Assembly: GCA_963555995.3 (NCBI GenBank)
Contig: OY821641.1
Location: 736,001-800,000 of the forward strand
DNA: 64,000 bases
Direction of reading: 5' to 3'
Source: Vicinamibacteria bacterium
GTDB lineage: Bacteria > Acidobacteriota > Vicinamibacteria > Marinacidobacterales > Marinacidobacteraceae
The notes below the pieces were generated by a model. The model made no database searches. It worked only from the letters and a program-made list of their open reading frames with translations, and was not told the DNA's origin. Every line of letters starts with the position of its first letter. Position 1 is the first letter of the stretch. Shown here piece by piece: positions 48,447 to 57,822 of this stretch. The translations under genes were made by a program, and so were the position numbers.

Positions 48447-51338
48447 CTAGAACTGGTAGCGCGCCCCCACCTTGAAGGTGCGCGGCTCGAGGAAGCCGAT
48501 CACCCGGTTGTACGCCGTTCCGGCGCGGATGACCTGGTTCAGGACCGGGTTGCTGTTCGTGATGTTGTAGGCATCGAAGAACAGCGAGAGCCGGTCCCGG
48601 TCCCAGAACGACAGGTCCTTCTCGGCCCGCACGTCCAGAATGAGCACGTTGTCCGTGCGTTCGGTCATGTCGGACAGCGGGACGAAGTTGGTTCCGGCGC
48701 CACCGGGAATGCTGATTCCCTGGATCGGCGCGAACGCCCAGCCGCTCTGCGCCCGGAACTGGAACGAGAGTGCGGCGTCAATGTTCGGGATCTGGTAGCG
48801 GCCGATCGCTTTCATGTTCCAGTTGTTGTGCGACTGCTTGGTGCTCACCGCGGAGTTCCAGTTCAGGCCTCGCCCGGCGCTCCCGCTGTTCCCCTGGATG
48901 CCGAGCGACCACGGGTCGGCCTGGGTATCGGCGCTCTGGCTGGCGCCGCAGCACACGAGTTCGTTCCGCCACTGGTAGTGGAAGCTGCCCTGCAGGAAGA
49001 GCCCGCTGCGGAACCGCCGGCCGAGCCCGATCTCGAAGTTGTCGTATTCGTTCGTGTTGAGCCCGTCGGGACCGGTGGTGATCTCGTTGGCGGTTCCGGT
49101 GCCCTCCGGAGGCCGCGTCATCGTGGTGATCGGCTGCTGGGTATTGGCGTTGACCGGGCAGGGGAAGACCGCGTCGCCGCAGAGGATCGAGTTGTTCAGA
49201 ATCGCATTCAGCAGATCCACCCGGTAGAGCTGGAACACGTTGCGATCCATCTTCCGTACGAAGGACACGCGCAGGTTCGTCTCCGGCACGATCTCGCTCT
49301 CGACCGAGGCGGTGACCTCGTCGTAGTAGCGCTTGGTGCTGAGATCCACCGGCACCCCGCCCTCGACCCGGCCCACGGGAAGCCCCGTGCCGGACGACTG
49401 GCTCAGGAGGTCGCCAAGTTCGTGCTGTCCGTCATAGATGCCGTTCCCGTTCGGGTCCATGAACTGGAAGATGACGAACTGTCCGGACGCGGGGTTCGCC
49501 TGCTGGAAGCCGTCGGGCCCGACGTTGTGGGTGTAGCGGCTCAGCGAAGCCTTCAGCACGGTCTTCCCCTCGCCGGTCACGTCGTAGGTGGCGGCGAAGC
49601 GGGGATAGAAGTCGGTCCAGGTGAAGATGTCCTTCCTCTGAATGGAAACCCCGCTCAGGAAGAACTCGGAAAGGGCCGGCGCCAGGTCCGCTTCGTTGTA
49701 CCAGCCGTACTGGTGGGCGACCCGCATTCCGGCGGTGATCGTCAGGCGCCGGTTGATCTGCCAGGTGTCCTGGGCGAAGAAGTGCAGGTTGGCGTCGCGC
49801 GTGTCGGAAACCGGGGTGGGCGTGCTGAAGAAGAAGATCTCGGACGTTCCCGTCGGGTTCGTCGGCGAGATGAGGCTTGATCGGTCGCGGTACTGGATTG
49901 AGCCGGAGGCGTCGTTCAGGAAGAAGAGCCTCGAGTCCTCCATGTAGTCCACGCCGAACTTGAGGTCGTGACTCCCTCCGGCATCCGGGATGTAGTAGTT
50001 CAGGATGCCGACGAACTGCGGCCGCTGCTTGTCGTAGGTGAACGGCCAGACCCCGGCGCCGGTGCGCCGCGACGTGTCGAGATCCACGCGCGGCGGGTGC
50101 GTGTCCGGCGGCACCGCCGGCACCATCGGCCAGGTGACCCCGTAGTGCATGGCCTTCACGTTCGAGAAGGCCCGGTCGTTCCAGACCCGCTGCCACTCGG
50201 CCTTGTGGACCCAGGTCCACGAGTCCTGCGCGAGGCGGACATCGGGCGAGTTCAGGGCGTTGATCTGGCGGTTGGGCCGGTTCTTGAGGCCCCACTGGCT
50301 GTAGCCGATCAACTCGTCCTTCTCGGAGAGCGCCATGTTCACCTTGGCGTAGTAGTTGCGGAGGACCGCTTCCTCCTTGATCACCTCGGGGTCGAGGCCC
50401 GAGATCGCCCGGTGGGTGAGGTTGTTGTTGTAGGCGAGGAAGAACCAGGCCTTGTCCCTCCAGAGCGGGCCGCCCACGTCGGCGTGGGCCTCCCAGTAGG
50501 TGAGCATGTGGTTCGTGCCCGCGCCCCGGTTCTCGAGTTCGGACGTCAGGTTGTCGCCCACAAAGCTCTCGCCCAGGTAGTCGGCGTAGAGCAATGCGGA
50601 GAGGTCGTTCCCGCCCGTCTTGATGTCCATCACGATCGTGTTCCCGGCCCAGGCGTTCTCCACGTCGGCGCCGGCGTTCGAGATGTTGAACTGGTTGACG
50701 GTCAGGCTGTCCATGTAGAAGCCGAAACCGCCGGTGCTGAAGTTGGAGTCCACCCCGTCAATGACGATGCGGTTCTGGTTCCGGAGCCCGAAGGCGTCGA
50801 AGCCCGACTGCTGGGCCTTGTGGGAGCCCGCCACGTCGAAGCCGCGCATCCGGATGCCCGGGGTGAGCGCCAGCATGGCGTGGGGGTCGGTGGAGTTCGG
50901 GACCTCCAGGATGGCGGTGTCGTCGAAGGTCCCGCCGAAACGGCTGGACTTCACGTCCACCACCGGGGACTCGCCGGTGACGGTGACCGTCTCGGCGACC
51001 GCGGCCACCGAGAGCGTCTGGTTCACGGTGAAGGTCTGCCCGGTGATGACCGTCACGCCCTCCCGGACCACGGTGGCGAACCCGCCCAGCTCGAAGGTCA
51101 TGGTGTAGCTGCCCGCCGGCAGCCCCTGGAATCGGAACGAGCCGTCCACGTCGGTGACCGCCACGCGGCTCCCGAGCAGGGCGTCCGATTCGAGGGTGAC
51201 GGTGACCCCCGGAAGAACGAGCCCCTGTTCGTCCTGGGCGACGCCGTCGAGCCGCCCGGCGGTGATCTGCGCCGCGAGCGACGCCGGAATCAGGAGCAGT
51301 GCGGCGACCGTCAGCGATCGCAGCAGATGTCGTTTCAT
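48447..51338 (-). CDS. TonB-dependent receptor with N-terminal carboxypeptidase-regulatory-like domain
   Basis: DEQGLVLPGVTVT, ETVTVTGESPVVD, FAQDTWQI, PRFAATYD, terminal ARYQF. Confidence 0.92.
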   Translation of the reverse strand: MKRHLLRSLTVAALLLIPASLAAQITAGRLDGVAQDEQGLVLPGVTVTLESDALLGSRVAVTDVDGSFRFQGLPAGSYTMTFELGGFATVVREGVTVITGQTFTVNQTLSVAAVAETVTVTGESPVVDVKSSRFGGTFDDTAILEVPNSTDPHAMLALTPGIRMRGFDVAGSHKAQQSGFDAFGLRNQNRIVIDGVDSNFSTGGFGFYMDSLTVNQFNISNAGADVENAWAGNTIVMDIKTGGNDLSALLYADYLGESFVGDNLTSELENRGAGTNHMLTYWEAHADVGGPLWRDKAWFFLAYNNNLTHRAISGLDPEVIKEEAVLRNYYAKVNMALSEKDELIGYSQWGLKNRPNRQINALNSPDVRLAQDSWTWVHKAEWQRVWNDRAFSNVKAMHYGVTWPMVPAVPPDTHPPRVDLDTSRRTGAGVWPFTYDKQRPQFVGILNYYIPDAGGSHDLKFGVDYMEDSRLFFLNDASGSIQYRDRSSLISPTNPTGTSEIFFFSTPTPVSDTRDANLHFFAQDTWQINRRLTITAGMRVAHQYGWYNEADLAPALSEFFLSGVSIQRKDIFTWTDFYPRFAATYDVTGEGKTVLKASLSRYTHNVGPDGFQQANPASGQFVIFQFMDPNGNGIYDGQHELGDLLSQSSGTGLPVGRVEGGVPVDLSTKRYYDEVTASVESEIVPETNLRVSFVRKMDRNVFQLYRVDLLNAILNNSILCGDAVFPCPVNANTQQPITTMTRPPEGTGTANEITTGPDGLNTNEYDNFEIGLGRRFRSGLFLQGSFHYQWRNELVCCGASQSADTQADPWSLGIQGNSGSAGRGLNWNSAVSTKQSHNNWNMKAIGRYQIPNIDAALSFQFRAQSGWAFAPIQGISIPGGAGTNFVPLSDMTERTDNVLILDVRAEKDLSFWDRDRLSLFFDAYNITNSNPVLNQVIRAGTAYNRVIGFLEPRTFKVGARYQF

Positions 51339-51587
51339 GGGAAAGGCCCTCCTTGACGAGAGACGGTTCGGCTCGGGACTGTATGGGACAACCGAACCGA
51401 GGTCGAACCGCAAGTCCCGCACCAGCGACGGATTTCTGGAGATACGCGGTAAATCGTTGAAACCAGGTTTCTTCAGAGTGCCTTCAGCGACCCGCCAACA
51501 GGTTTCTCCAATAACCCGAATTGCGATTCGGCTTCCCGTTCGGGGTTCCCGCGGCTTCGGGCGCCGCAAGTCCTCATAATCCGGGGG

Positions 51588-52427
51588 GTGCGGAACCGCA
51601 TCGCTCCCGCCGGCCTCAGGAGCCGGCTCGCCGTCTCATCCCGGATCGATCCGGAGAGCGAGGTGCGGGACCGGGTGGCTTTCCTGCGGGCGTACCTGGT
51701 GGCCAGCGGACAGCGGAGTCTCTGGCTCGCGGTGTCCGGCGGCGTGGACTCGGCGCTCGCCGGGCGGCTCGCTGCATTGGCCGTCGCCGCGGCGAATCGG
51801 GACGGGGGGGCGTACCGCTTCGTCGCGGTGCGGCTCCCCTACGGCAGGCAGCGCGACGCCGCCGACGCCGAGCGCGTGCTGGCGTGGATCGAGCCGTCGG
51901 AAGTGGTGAGCGTGAACATCGACAGGGCGGTCCGGGCGCTCGAAGCGTCGCTGCCCGGGGACCGGCTGGAGGCGGGTTCCGAGACGCTCCGCGACTTCGC
52001 CCGGGGAAACACGAAGGCGCGGGTGCGGATGGCGGTGCAGTACCACCTCGCGAACCTCGCGGGCGGACTCGTGGTGGGGACGGACCACTCCGCCGAGGCG
52101 CTCGTCGGGTTCTTCACCAAGTTCGGCGACGGCGGGGTGGACGTGTGTCCGCTCTTCGGGCTCAGCAAGCGCCAGGTGCGCCGGTTGGCGGCCCATCTCG
52201 GCGCGCCGGAGGCGATCGTCGCCAAGGCGCCGACCGCCGACCTCGAGGACCTGCGGCCGGGGCTCCCGGACGAGGAGGCGCTGGGAGTCCGCTACCGGGA
52301 GATTGACGACTACCTGGAGGGCCTGCCGGTGCCCGCCGAGGTCGCGGACCGGATTGACGCGCTCTACCGCGCCACCGAACACAAGCGCCGGACCCCGGTG
52401 GTGCCGCAGGACACCTGGTGGCGGTAG
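51588..52427 (+). CDS. nadE: NH3-dependent NAD+ synthetase
   Basis: SGGVDS, RLPYG.Q.D, GNTKARVRM, GTDHSAE, GFFTKFGDG, KAPTADLED, HKR. Confidence 0.96.
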   Translation: MRNRIAPAGLRSRLAVSSRIDPESEVRDRVAFLRAYLVASGQRSLWLAVSGGVDSALAGRLAALAVAAANRDGGAYRFVAVRLPYGRQRDAADAERVLAWIEPSEVVSVNIDRAVRALEASLPGDRLEAGSETLRDFARGNTKARVRMAVQYHLANLAGGLVVGTDHSAEALVGFFTKFGDGGVDVCPLFGLSKRQVRRLAAHLGAPEAIVAKAPTADLEDLRPGLPDEEALGVRYREIDDYLEGLPVPAEVADRIDALYRATEHKRRTPVVPQDTWWR

Positions 52428-52444
52428 GGGACAGGTTGCGCAAC

Positions 52445-52636
52445 GGCCTGGAACGCCGGTCTCCAGACCGGCACCCGCGGTGCGGAGCGCCGCGGAACTG
52501 GACACCGCCGATCGTTCCGGCGCGCGTGTGCGGCGCTGGCACGCGGCCGGCCTGCACGCCACGGGGGTCGTTGGAGTTACGACGGGCGCAGCGCGGAGCG
52601 CTACGCGTGCCGGTCTGGAGACCGGCGTTCCAAGCT
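52445..52636. repeat. Inverted GGAAC-type REP pair (REPIN) between convergent genes (52450-52472, 52609-52631)
   Basis: Exact cores. Confidence 0.85.
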
Positions 52637-52637
52637 G

Positions 52638-53240
52638 TTACGCCTGCTGGAGGAGGTAGGTGGCGAGGCCCGCGGCCACCACGCGGTCGTTGTCCTCCAC
52701 GACTTCGACGCGGCAGGAGACCAGGGTGCGGCCCTTGCGGACGACCTCGCCGATGGCCAGCAGGTTGCCCTGGACGACTCCCAGGATGTTGACCTTGTAT
52801 TCCACGAGGCGGATTCCCACCCCGGGAGCGACGGAGGCGGCGGCGAGGTGGCCCGCGGCGACGCAGAGCGTGCCGATGATGCCTCCCTCGAGCGGTCCCG
52901 GCTCGGTGTTCCGGGTCTCGCCCGGAAGATGGATCCGCGAGACGCCGTTGTCCGCGTAGTCGAGCCGGAGCCCGGTCTGTCCCGCGAGGGGGGCGTTGTC
53001 GAGTTCCTTCTGGAGGCGCCGGCGGAGCGACATCCGCTCGCGTCCGTAGCCGCTGTCGGCCGGTTCGGATTCGCCCAGGACCACCGGCTCGAACTCGGGG
53101 ACCGGATCGGGCCCGCTGGCCGGCGGCCGGGATGCCACCGCGCCGCGGCGCCGCGCGTGGAAGGACTCAGCGGCCGCCCGGGTGCGCCGCGGGGGACTCT
53201 CGGCCTGGGTGGTGGGCCCTCCGGCCCCGGAATCGCTCAC
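52638..53240 (-). CDS. PaaI-like hotdog-fold thioesterase
   Basis: GPLEGGIIGTL, VEYKVNIL, VVRKGRT, VAAGLATY. Start uncertain (53240 or 53033). Confidence 0.75.
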   Translation of the reverse strand: MSDSGAGGPTTQAESPPRRTRAAAESFHARRRGAVASRPPASGPDPVPEFEPVVLGESEPADSGYGRERMSLRRRLQKELDNAPLAGQTGLRLDYADNGVSRIHLPGETRNTEPGPLEGGIIGTLCVAAGHLAAASVAPGVGIRLVEYKVNILGVVQGNLLAIGEVVRKGRTLVSCRVEVVEDNDRVVAAGLATYLLQQA

Positions 53241-53440
53241 GAGATTCCCTTCCCGCGGCGGGAGTGCCGGAACGCGCCGGCCACGCCACGGGCAGCGGCG
53301 GCGCCCAGCCGGACCGGGGACCGAGATGCGGCCGGCAGCCGAAGCCACCGGCTCGTGCCGAATATCACCTAACCGGCCATATTACCACCGACATACCGCC
53401 GCGACGCGGTACATTCCCGTTTCCCGTCGGGAAGCAACTC

Positions 53441-54856
53441 ATGAATCAGCGCACCGGTGAAGCGTTCGACGTCGTCGTCATCGGGAGCGGTCCGGGGGGC
53501 TACGTGGCCGCTCTCAAGGCGCAGGCCGCCGGCCTCCGGACGGCGATCGTCGAGAAGGACGCGCGCTTCGGCGGGACCTGCCTGCACGTCGGCTGCATCC
53601 CGAGCAAGGTCTTTCTCCACACCGCGTCGCTGCTGGACGAGATCCGGGCGGCGAAGAAGATGGGAATCGAGGTGGCCTCCCCGAGCCTCGACTGGGACGG
53701 ACTGAAGCGCCGCAGCCGCCGGGTGATCGCCAAGCTCGCCGGCGGGGTCGCGCTGCTCCTGAAACGGGGCGGGGTGGAGGCTGTTCACGGCTTCGGGAGG
53801 CTGGCCGGCCCGGGCTGCGTCGAGGTCACTGCCCCGGACGGGTCCGAGGGGCGACGTATCGAGGCCCGGAACGTCATCATCGCCACCGGTTCCGAGGCCC
53901 GCACGCTGCCCTTCCTGCCGCTCGACGGCGACCGGATCGTGACCAACGCGGAAATGTTCTCGCTCGACGAGCTTCCCGCCCGGCTCGGGATCATCGGCGC
54001 CGGCGCGGTGGGCGCCGAGTTCGCGTCCATGTTCCGCAGCTACGGCTCCGAGGTGGAGCTCTTCGAGGTGCTGCCCCGGGTCCTGCCGCTCGAAGACGCC
54101 GAAGTCTCCGAAGTCGTGGGCAAGGCGTTCCACAAGCGCCGGATCCGGGTGCGGACCGAAACCCGGGTGGAGGCCGCCGAGGTCGTGGAGACGGGCGTGC
54201 AGGTGCGCTACCGGGCGGGGGAGGAAACCCGGACCGCCGAGTATGACCGGTTGCTGGTGGCGGTGGGGCGGGCGCCGCGCACGGCGGACATCGGCCTCGA
54301 GACCGTCGGCATCGAACTCGAAAGAGGCGGTTTCGTCCCCGTGGACGGGTTGTGCCGAACCGGGGCGCCGGGGGTCTTCGCCATCGGCGACGTGGTCGGG
54401 ACCGCGCAGCTCGCGCACGTCGCTTCCGCGGAGGCGGACGTGGCGGTGGCGACCATCGCCGGCCGCGAAGTCCCGCCGCTCCGCCGGGACCGGATGCCGG
54501 CGGCCACCTACTGCGTGCCGGAAGTGGGTTCGGTGGGGCTGACCGAGGAAGCGGCCGCCGCCGCCGGCCACGAACTCAAGGTCGGCCGCTTCCCCTTCGC
54601 CGCGAACAGCAAGGCCAACATCGTCGGAGATCCGACGGGCTTCGTGAAGGTGGTGGCGGAGGCCGCCTACGGCGAGGTGCTCGGCGTCCACGTCGTCGGT
54701 CCCCACGCCACCGACCTGATCGCGGAGGCGGTGGTGGCGCTCGACCACGAGGCGACCCTGGAATCGCTCGCGCGCAGCGTCCATCCGCACCCGACGCTCT
54801 CCGAGGCGGTGGCCGAAGCGGCGCTCGCCGCTTCCGGCGCGCCGCTCCACGCCTGA
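53441..54856 (+). CDS. lpdA: Dihydrolipoamide dehydrogenase (E3)
   Basis: GSGPGGYVAA, GGTCLHVGCIPSK, GAGAVGAE, HPHPTLSE. Confidence 0.96.
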   Translation: MNQRTGEAFDVVVIGSGPGGYVAALKAQAAGLRTAIVEKDARFGGTCLHVGCIPSKVFLHTASLLDEIRAAKKMGIEVASPSLDWDGLKRRSRRVIAKLAGGVALLLKRGGVEAVHGFGRLAGPGCVEVTAPDGSEGRRIEARNVIIATGSEARTLPFLPLDGDRIVTNAEMFSLDELPARLGIIGAGAVGAEFASMFRSYGSEVELFEVLPRVLPLEDAEVSEVVGKAFHKRRIRVRTETRVEAAEVVETGVQVRYRAGEETRTAEYDRLLVAVGRAPRTADIGLETVGIELERGGFVPVDGLCRTGAPGVFAIGDVVGTAQLAHVASAEADVAVATIAGREVPPLRRDRMPAATYCVPEVGSVGLTEEAAAAAGHELKVGRFPFAANSKANIVGDPTGFVKVVAEAAYGEVLGVHVVGPHATDLIAEAVVALDHEATLESLARSVHPHPTLSEAVAEAALAASGAPLHA

Positions 54857-54862
54857 CTCCCG

Positions 54863-55591
54863 GTGGAGCTCCAGGCCGGAACCGCGGCGCCGCCGCTCTG
54901 GCGGCTCGACCTCCGCCCGCTCGGCTACCGGGCCGCCTGGGACTTCCAGCGGGACCTGGTCGAGCGCCGCCAGCGCGACGAGATCCCCGACGTCCTCCTG
55001 CTCACCGAGCACCCGCCGGTCTTCACCCTCGGGAAGAGCGCCCACCGCGAGAACCTGCTGGAACCGCCGGAAGCGCTCGCCGGACGCGGCGCCGAGGTTG
55101 TGGAGACGGACCGCGGCGGGGACGTGACCTTCCACGGCCCCGGCCAACTGGTCGCCTATCCGATCGTGCATCTGGGCGGTTGGCGAAAGGACGTCCACGC
55201 CTATCTGCGGGCGCTGGAGGCGGCCGCCATCGCCACCGCGGCCCGGTTCGGAACGGCGGCCACCCGCCGCGAGGGACTGACCGGGGTGTGGTGCGGCGCG
55301 GCCGGAGCGCCCCGCAAACTGGCCTCCATCGGGGTTCGGGTCTCCCGCTGGGTGGCCTCGCACGGACTGGCGTTCAACGTGACCACCGATCTGGGCTGGT
55401 TCTCGCACATCGTGGCGTGCGGCATCCGGGATGCGGAAGCGACCTCGCTCGAAGCGGAGACCGGCCGCACCGTGCCGCTGGAGGCGGTCGCCGACCGGCT
55501 GGCGGATTCGTTCGCGGAGGTCCTGGGCCGCCGGCTGGTCCCGGCGCCGGAGGACCTGCGAACCCCCGCAGGGGCTCACCACAGCTCCTGA
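54863..55591 (+). CDS. lipB: Octanoyltransferase
   Basis: EHPPVFTLG, DRGGDVTFHGPGQLVAYP, KLASIG, HGLAFN, ACGI. Confidence 0.95.
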   Translation: MELQAGTAAPPLWRLDLRPLGYRAAWDFQRDLVERRQRDEIPDVLLLTEHPPVFTLGKSAHRENLLEPPEALAGRGAEVVETDRGGDVTFHGPGQLVAYPIVHLGGWRKDVHAYLRALEAAAIATAARFGTAATRREGLTGVWCGAAGAPRKLASIGVRVSRWVASHGLAFNVTTDLGWFSHIVACGIRDAEATSLEAETGRTVPLEAVADRLADSFAEVLGRRLVPAPEDLRTPAGAHHSS

Positions 55592-55605
55592 AGGTCGCGG
55601 GCGCC

Positions 55606-56586
55606 GTGCCGGTTACCTACTTCGAGGCCATTCGCCGGGCTCTCCGTTCGGAGATGGAGCGCGACCCGCGGGTGATCCTGCTCGGCGAGGACATCGGCGG
55701 CTACGGGGGGGCGTTCCGCCTGACCGACGGGTTCCTCGACGAGTTCGGCCCCGACCGGGTCATGGATACCCCGATCAGCGAGGAAGGATTCACCGGGATG
55801 GCGGTGGGGGCGGCGCTCGCCGGTTTCCGTCCGGTGGTGGAGTTCCAGTTCATGGACTTCATCGCGAGCGCCTTCAACATGGTCACGAACTTCGCCGCCA
55901 AGAGCCGCTATCGCGCGGGCGCGGCGGTTCCGCTGGTGCTGCGCGGCCCCTCGGGCGCCGGGGTCCGCGCCGGACCCTTCCACTCCCAGAGTCCGGAAGC
56001 GCACTTCGCCCACACGCCGGGCATCAAGGTCGCGGCCCCCGCCACGGCGCCGGATGCCGCCGGTCTGCTGCGCGCCGCCATCCGGGACGACGATCCGGTG
56101 CTCTTCCTGGAACACAAACGCCTCTACCGGAGCCTGAAGGTTCCGGACGGGGAGTTCGAGCGCGCCCCGGAGGTGGTTCCGCTCGGGAAGGCCGCGATCC
56201 GCCGGGCCGGGGACGCGCTCACCATCGCCGCCTACGGGGCCGCGGTGTGGGTGGCGCTCGAAGCCGCGGAGCGACTCGCCGCCGAAGGGGTGGAAGCGGA
56301 GGTGATGGACCTGCGCTGCCTCGTCCCGTTCGACCGGGAGGCGCTCTTCGATTCCGTCCGCCGCACCAGCCGGCTGCTGGTGCTCCACGAGGACAACCTC
56401 ACCGGCGGTTTCGGCGGCGAGATCGCGGCGCTCGCGGCGGAGCACCTCTTCGGCGACCTCGACGCCCCGGTAGCGCGGGTCGCGGCGGCCGACACCCCGG
56501 TGCCCTACGCCGCCGAGCTCGAGGACGCGGTGCTCCCGAACGCGGCCCGCGTGGTGGAGACGGCCCACCGCCTGCTGAGCTACTGA
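55606..56586 (+). CDS. 2-oxoacid dehydrogenase E1 beta subunit
   Basis: GEDIG..GGAF, DTPISE, EFQFMDF, HSQSPE, DPVLFLEHK, LDAPV.RV. Confidence 0.93.
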   Translation: MPVTYFEAIRRALRSEMERDPRVILLGEDIGGYGGAFRLTDGFLDEFGPDRVMDTPISEEGFTGMAVGAALAGFRPVVEFQFMDFIASAFNMVTNFAAKSRYRAGAAVPLVLRGPSGAGVRAGPFHSQSPEAHFAHTPGIKVAAPATAPDAAGLLRAAIRDDDPVLFLEHKRLYRSLKVPDGEFERAPEVVPLGKAAIRRAGDALTIAAYGAAVWVALEAAERLAAEGVEAEVMDLRCLVPFDREALFDSVRRTSRLLVLHEDNLTGGFGGEIAALAAEHLFGDLDAPVARVAAADTPVPYAAELEDAVLPNAARVVETAHRLLSY

Positions 56587-56673
56587 GGCAGCGGGGGGCC
56601 GCGGAAATCGCGGTCGGGCTCCGGAAGTCCCGTGCCAGCGGTGTACCGCTGACCGAGTCCAGGAAAAGCTGTC

Positions 56674-56804
56674 GGCAGCGAACTATGTTCGCTGCCAACG
56701 TGTTCGGGGGAAAGTGTGAAAGGGGGTTACCCCCTTTCACAAGAAGAAAACGACAAATCGGAACTCGCCGAAGGGCGCGTGAGCGCGCGAGGGAGTTTCG
56801 ATTT
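56674..56804 (+). other. ~131-bp multi-hairpin element, copy B
   Basis: Hairpins GGCAGCGAAC/GTTCGCTGCC, TGTGAAAGGGGG/CCCCCTTTCACA and AAATCGGAACTC/GAGTTTCGATTT. Confidence 0.75.
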
Positions 56805-56871
56805 GCGGCGCGCAGCGCCGGGCGGTTCGGGTGCGGGGCGCGTCGCCCTGTTCGCCGTGGTTGGCGAATCG

Positions 56872-57822
56872 CTAGTCCCGTCGGAGCGCCCCGTGCCCGG
56901 ACCGCTCGGGGATCTGGTTCGCGGCGTGGTACGAACTGCGCACCAGCGGTCCCGCCTCCACGTGCCGGAGCCCCCTCGCCTTCCCGCGCTCGGCGACCGC
57001 CCGGAACTCCTCCGGCGGCACGAACCGCTCGACGGGCAGGTGCGCCGGGGTGGGCTGGAGGTACTGGCCGGCGGTCAGGATGTCCACCGAGTTCCGGACG
57101 AGGTCTTCCATGAGCGCGTCCAGCTCTCCGGCCGTCTCCCCGAGCCCGAGCATCACTCCGGTCTTGGTCAGCGCACCGGGCCGCAGTTCCTTGGCGCGCC
57201 GCAGCAGGTCGAGCGAGCGCTGGTACCGCGCGCCGGGCCGGACCGCCTTGTAGAGCCGCGGCACCGTTTCCACGTTGTGGTTGAGGATCTCGGGCTGCTC
57301 CTCCATCACGACGGCGAGCGCCGCCCAGTCCCCCTGGAAGTCCGGGATCAGCACCTCCACGGTGGTGTCCGGACAGCGCCGCCGGACGGCGCGGATGGTC
57401 TCGGCGAAGATGCCGGCGCCCCCGTCCGCGAGGTCGTCGCGGTTCACCGAGGTGATCACCGCGTGGCGGAGCTCCATGAGCTCGACGGCGTCGGCGACCC
57501 GTTCCGGTTCCTCGAGATCGAGGCCCACCGGGCGTCCGGTGGTCACCGCGCAGAACCGGCAGGCCCGGGTGCAGATGTCCCCCAGGATCATGAACGTCGC
57601 CGTTCCCTGACCCCAGCACTCCGCCACGTTGGGACACCGCGCCTCCTCGCACACCGTGTGGAGGTTCTTCTCGCGGAGGAGGCTGCGGAGCCGTCCCCAG
57701 GTGGGGCCGGAGGGGACCCGCACCCGGAGCCAGTCCGGCCGCGGACGGCGGGCGGGCCGGGATGCGATCCCGGGCGCCGGACCCGCTCCCGAGCCGATCA
57801 CGGGAAGGGGGACCGCGCTCAA
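56872..57822 (-). CDS. lipA: Lipoyl synthase
   Basis: CEEARCPNVAEC, CTRACRFC, TSVNRDDL, HNVETV, GQYL.P, PLVRSSY. Confidence 0.97.
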   Translation of the reverse strand: MSAVPLPVIGSGAGPAPGIASRPARRPRPDWLRVRVPSGPTWGRLRSLLREKNLHTVCEEARCPNVAECWGQGTATFMILGDICTRACRFCAVTTGRPVGLDLEEPERVADAVELMELRHAVITSVNRDDLADGGAGIFAETIRAVRRRCPDTTVEVLIPDFQGDWAALAVVMEEQPEILNHNVETVPRLYKAVRPGARYQRSLDLLRRAKELRPGALTKTGVMLGLGETAGELDALMEDLVRNSVDILTAGQYLQPTPAHLPVERFVPPEEFRAVAERGKARGLRHVEAGPLVRSSYHAANQIPERSGHGALRRD

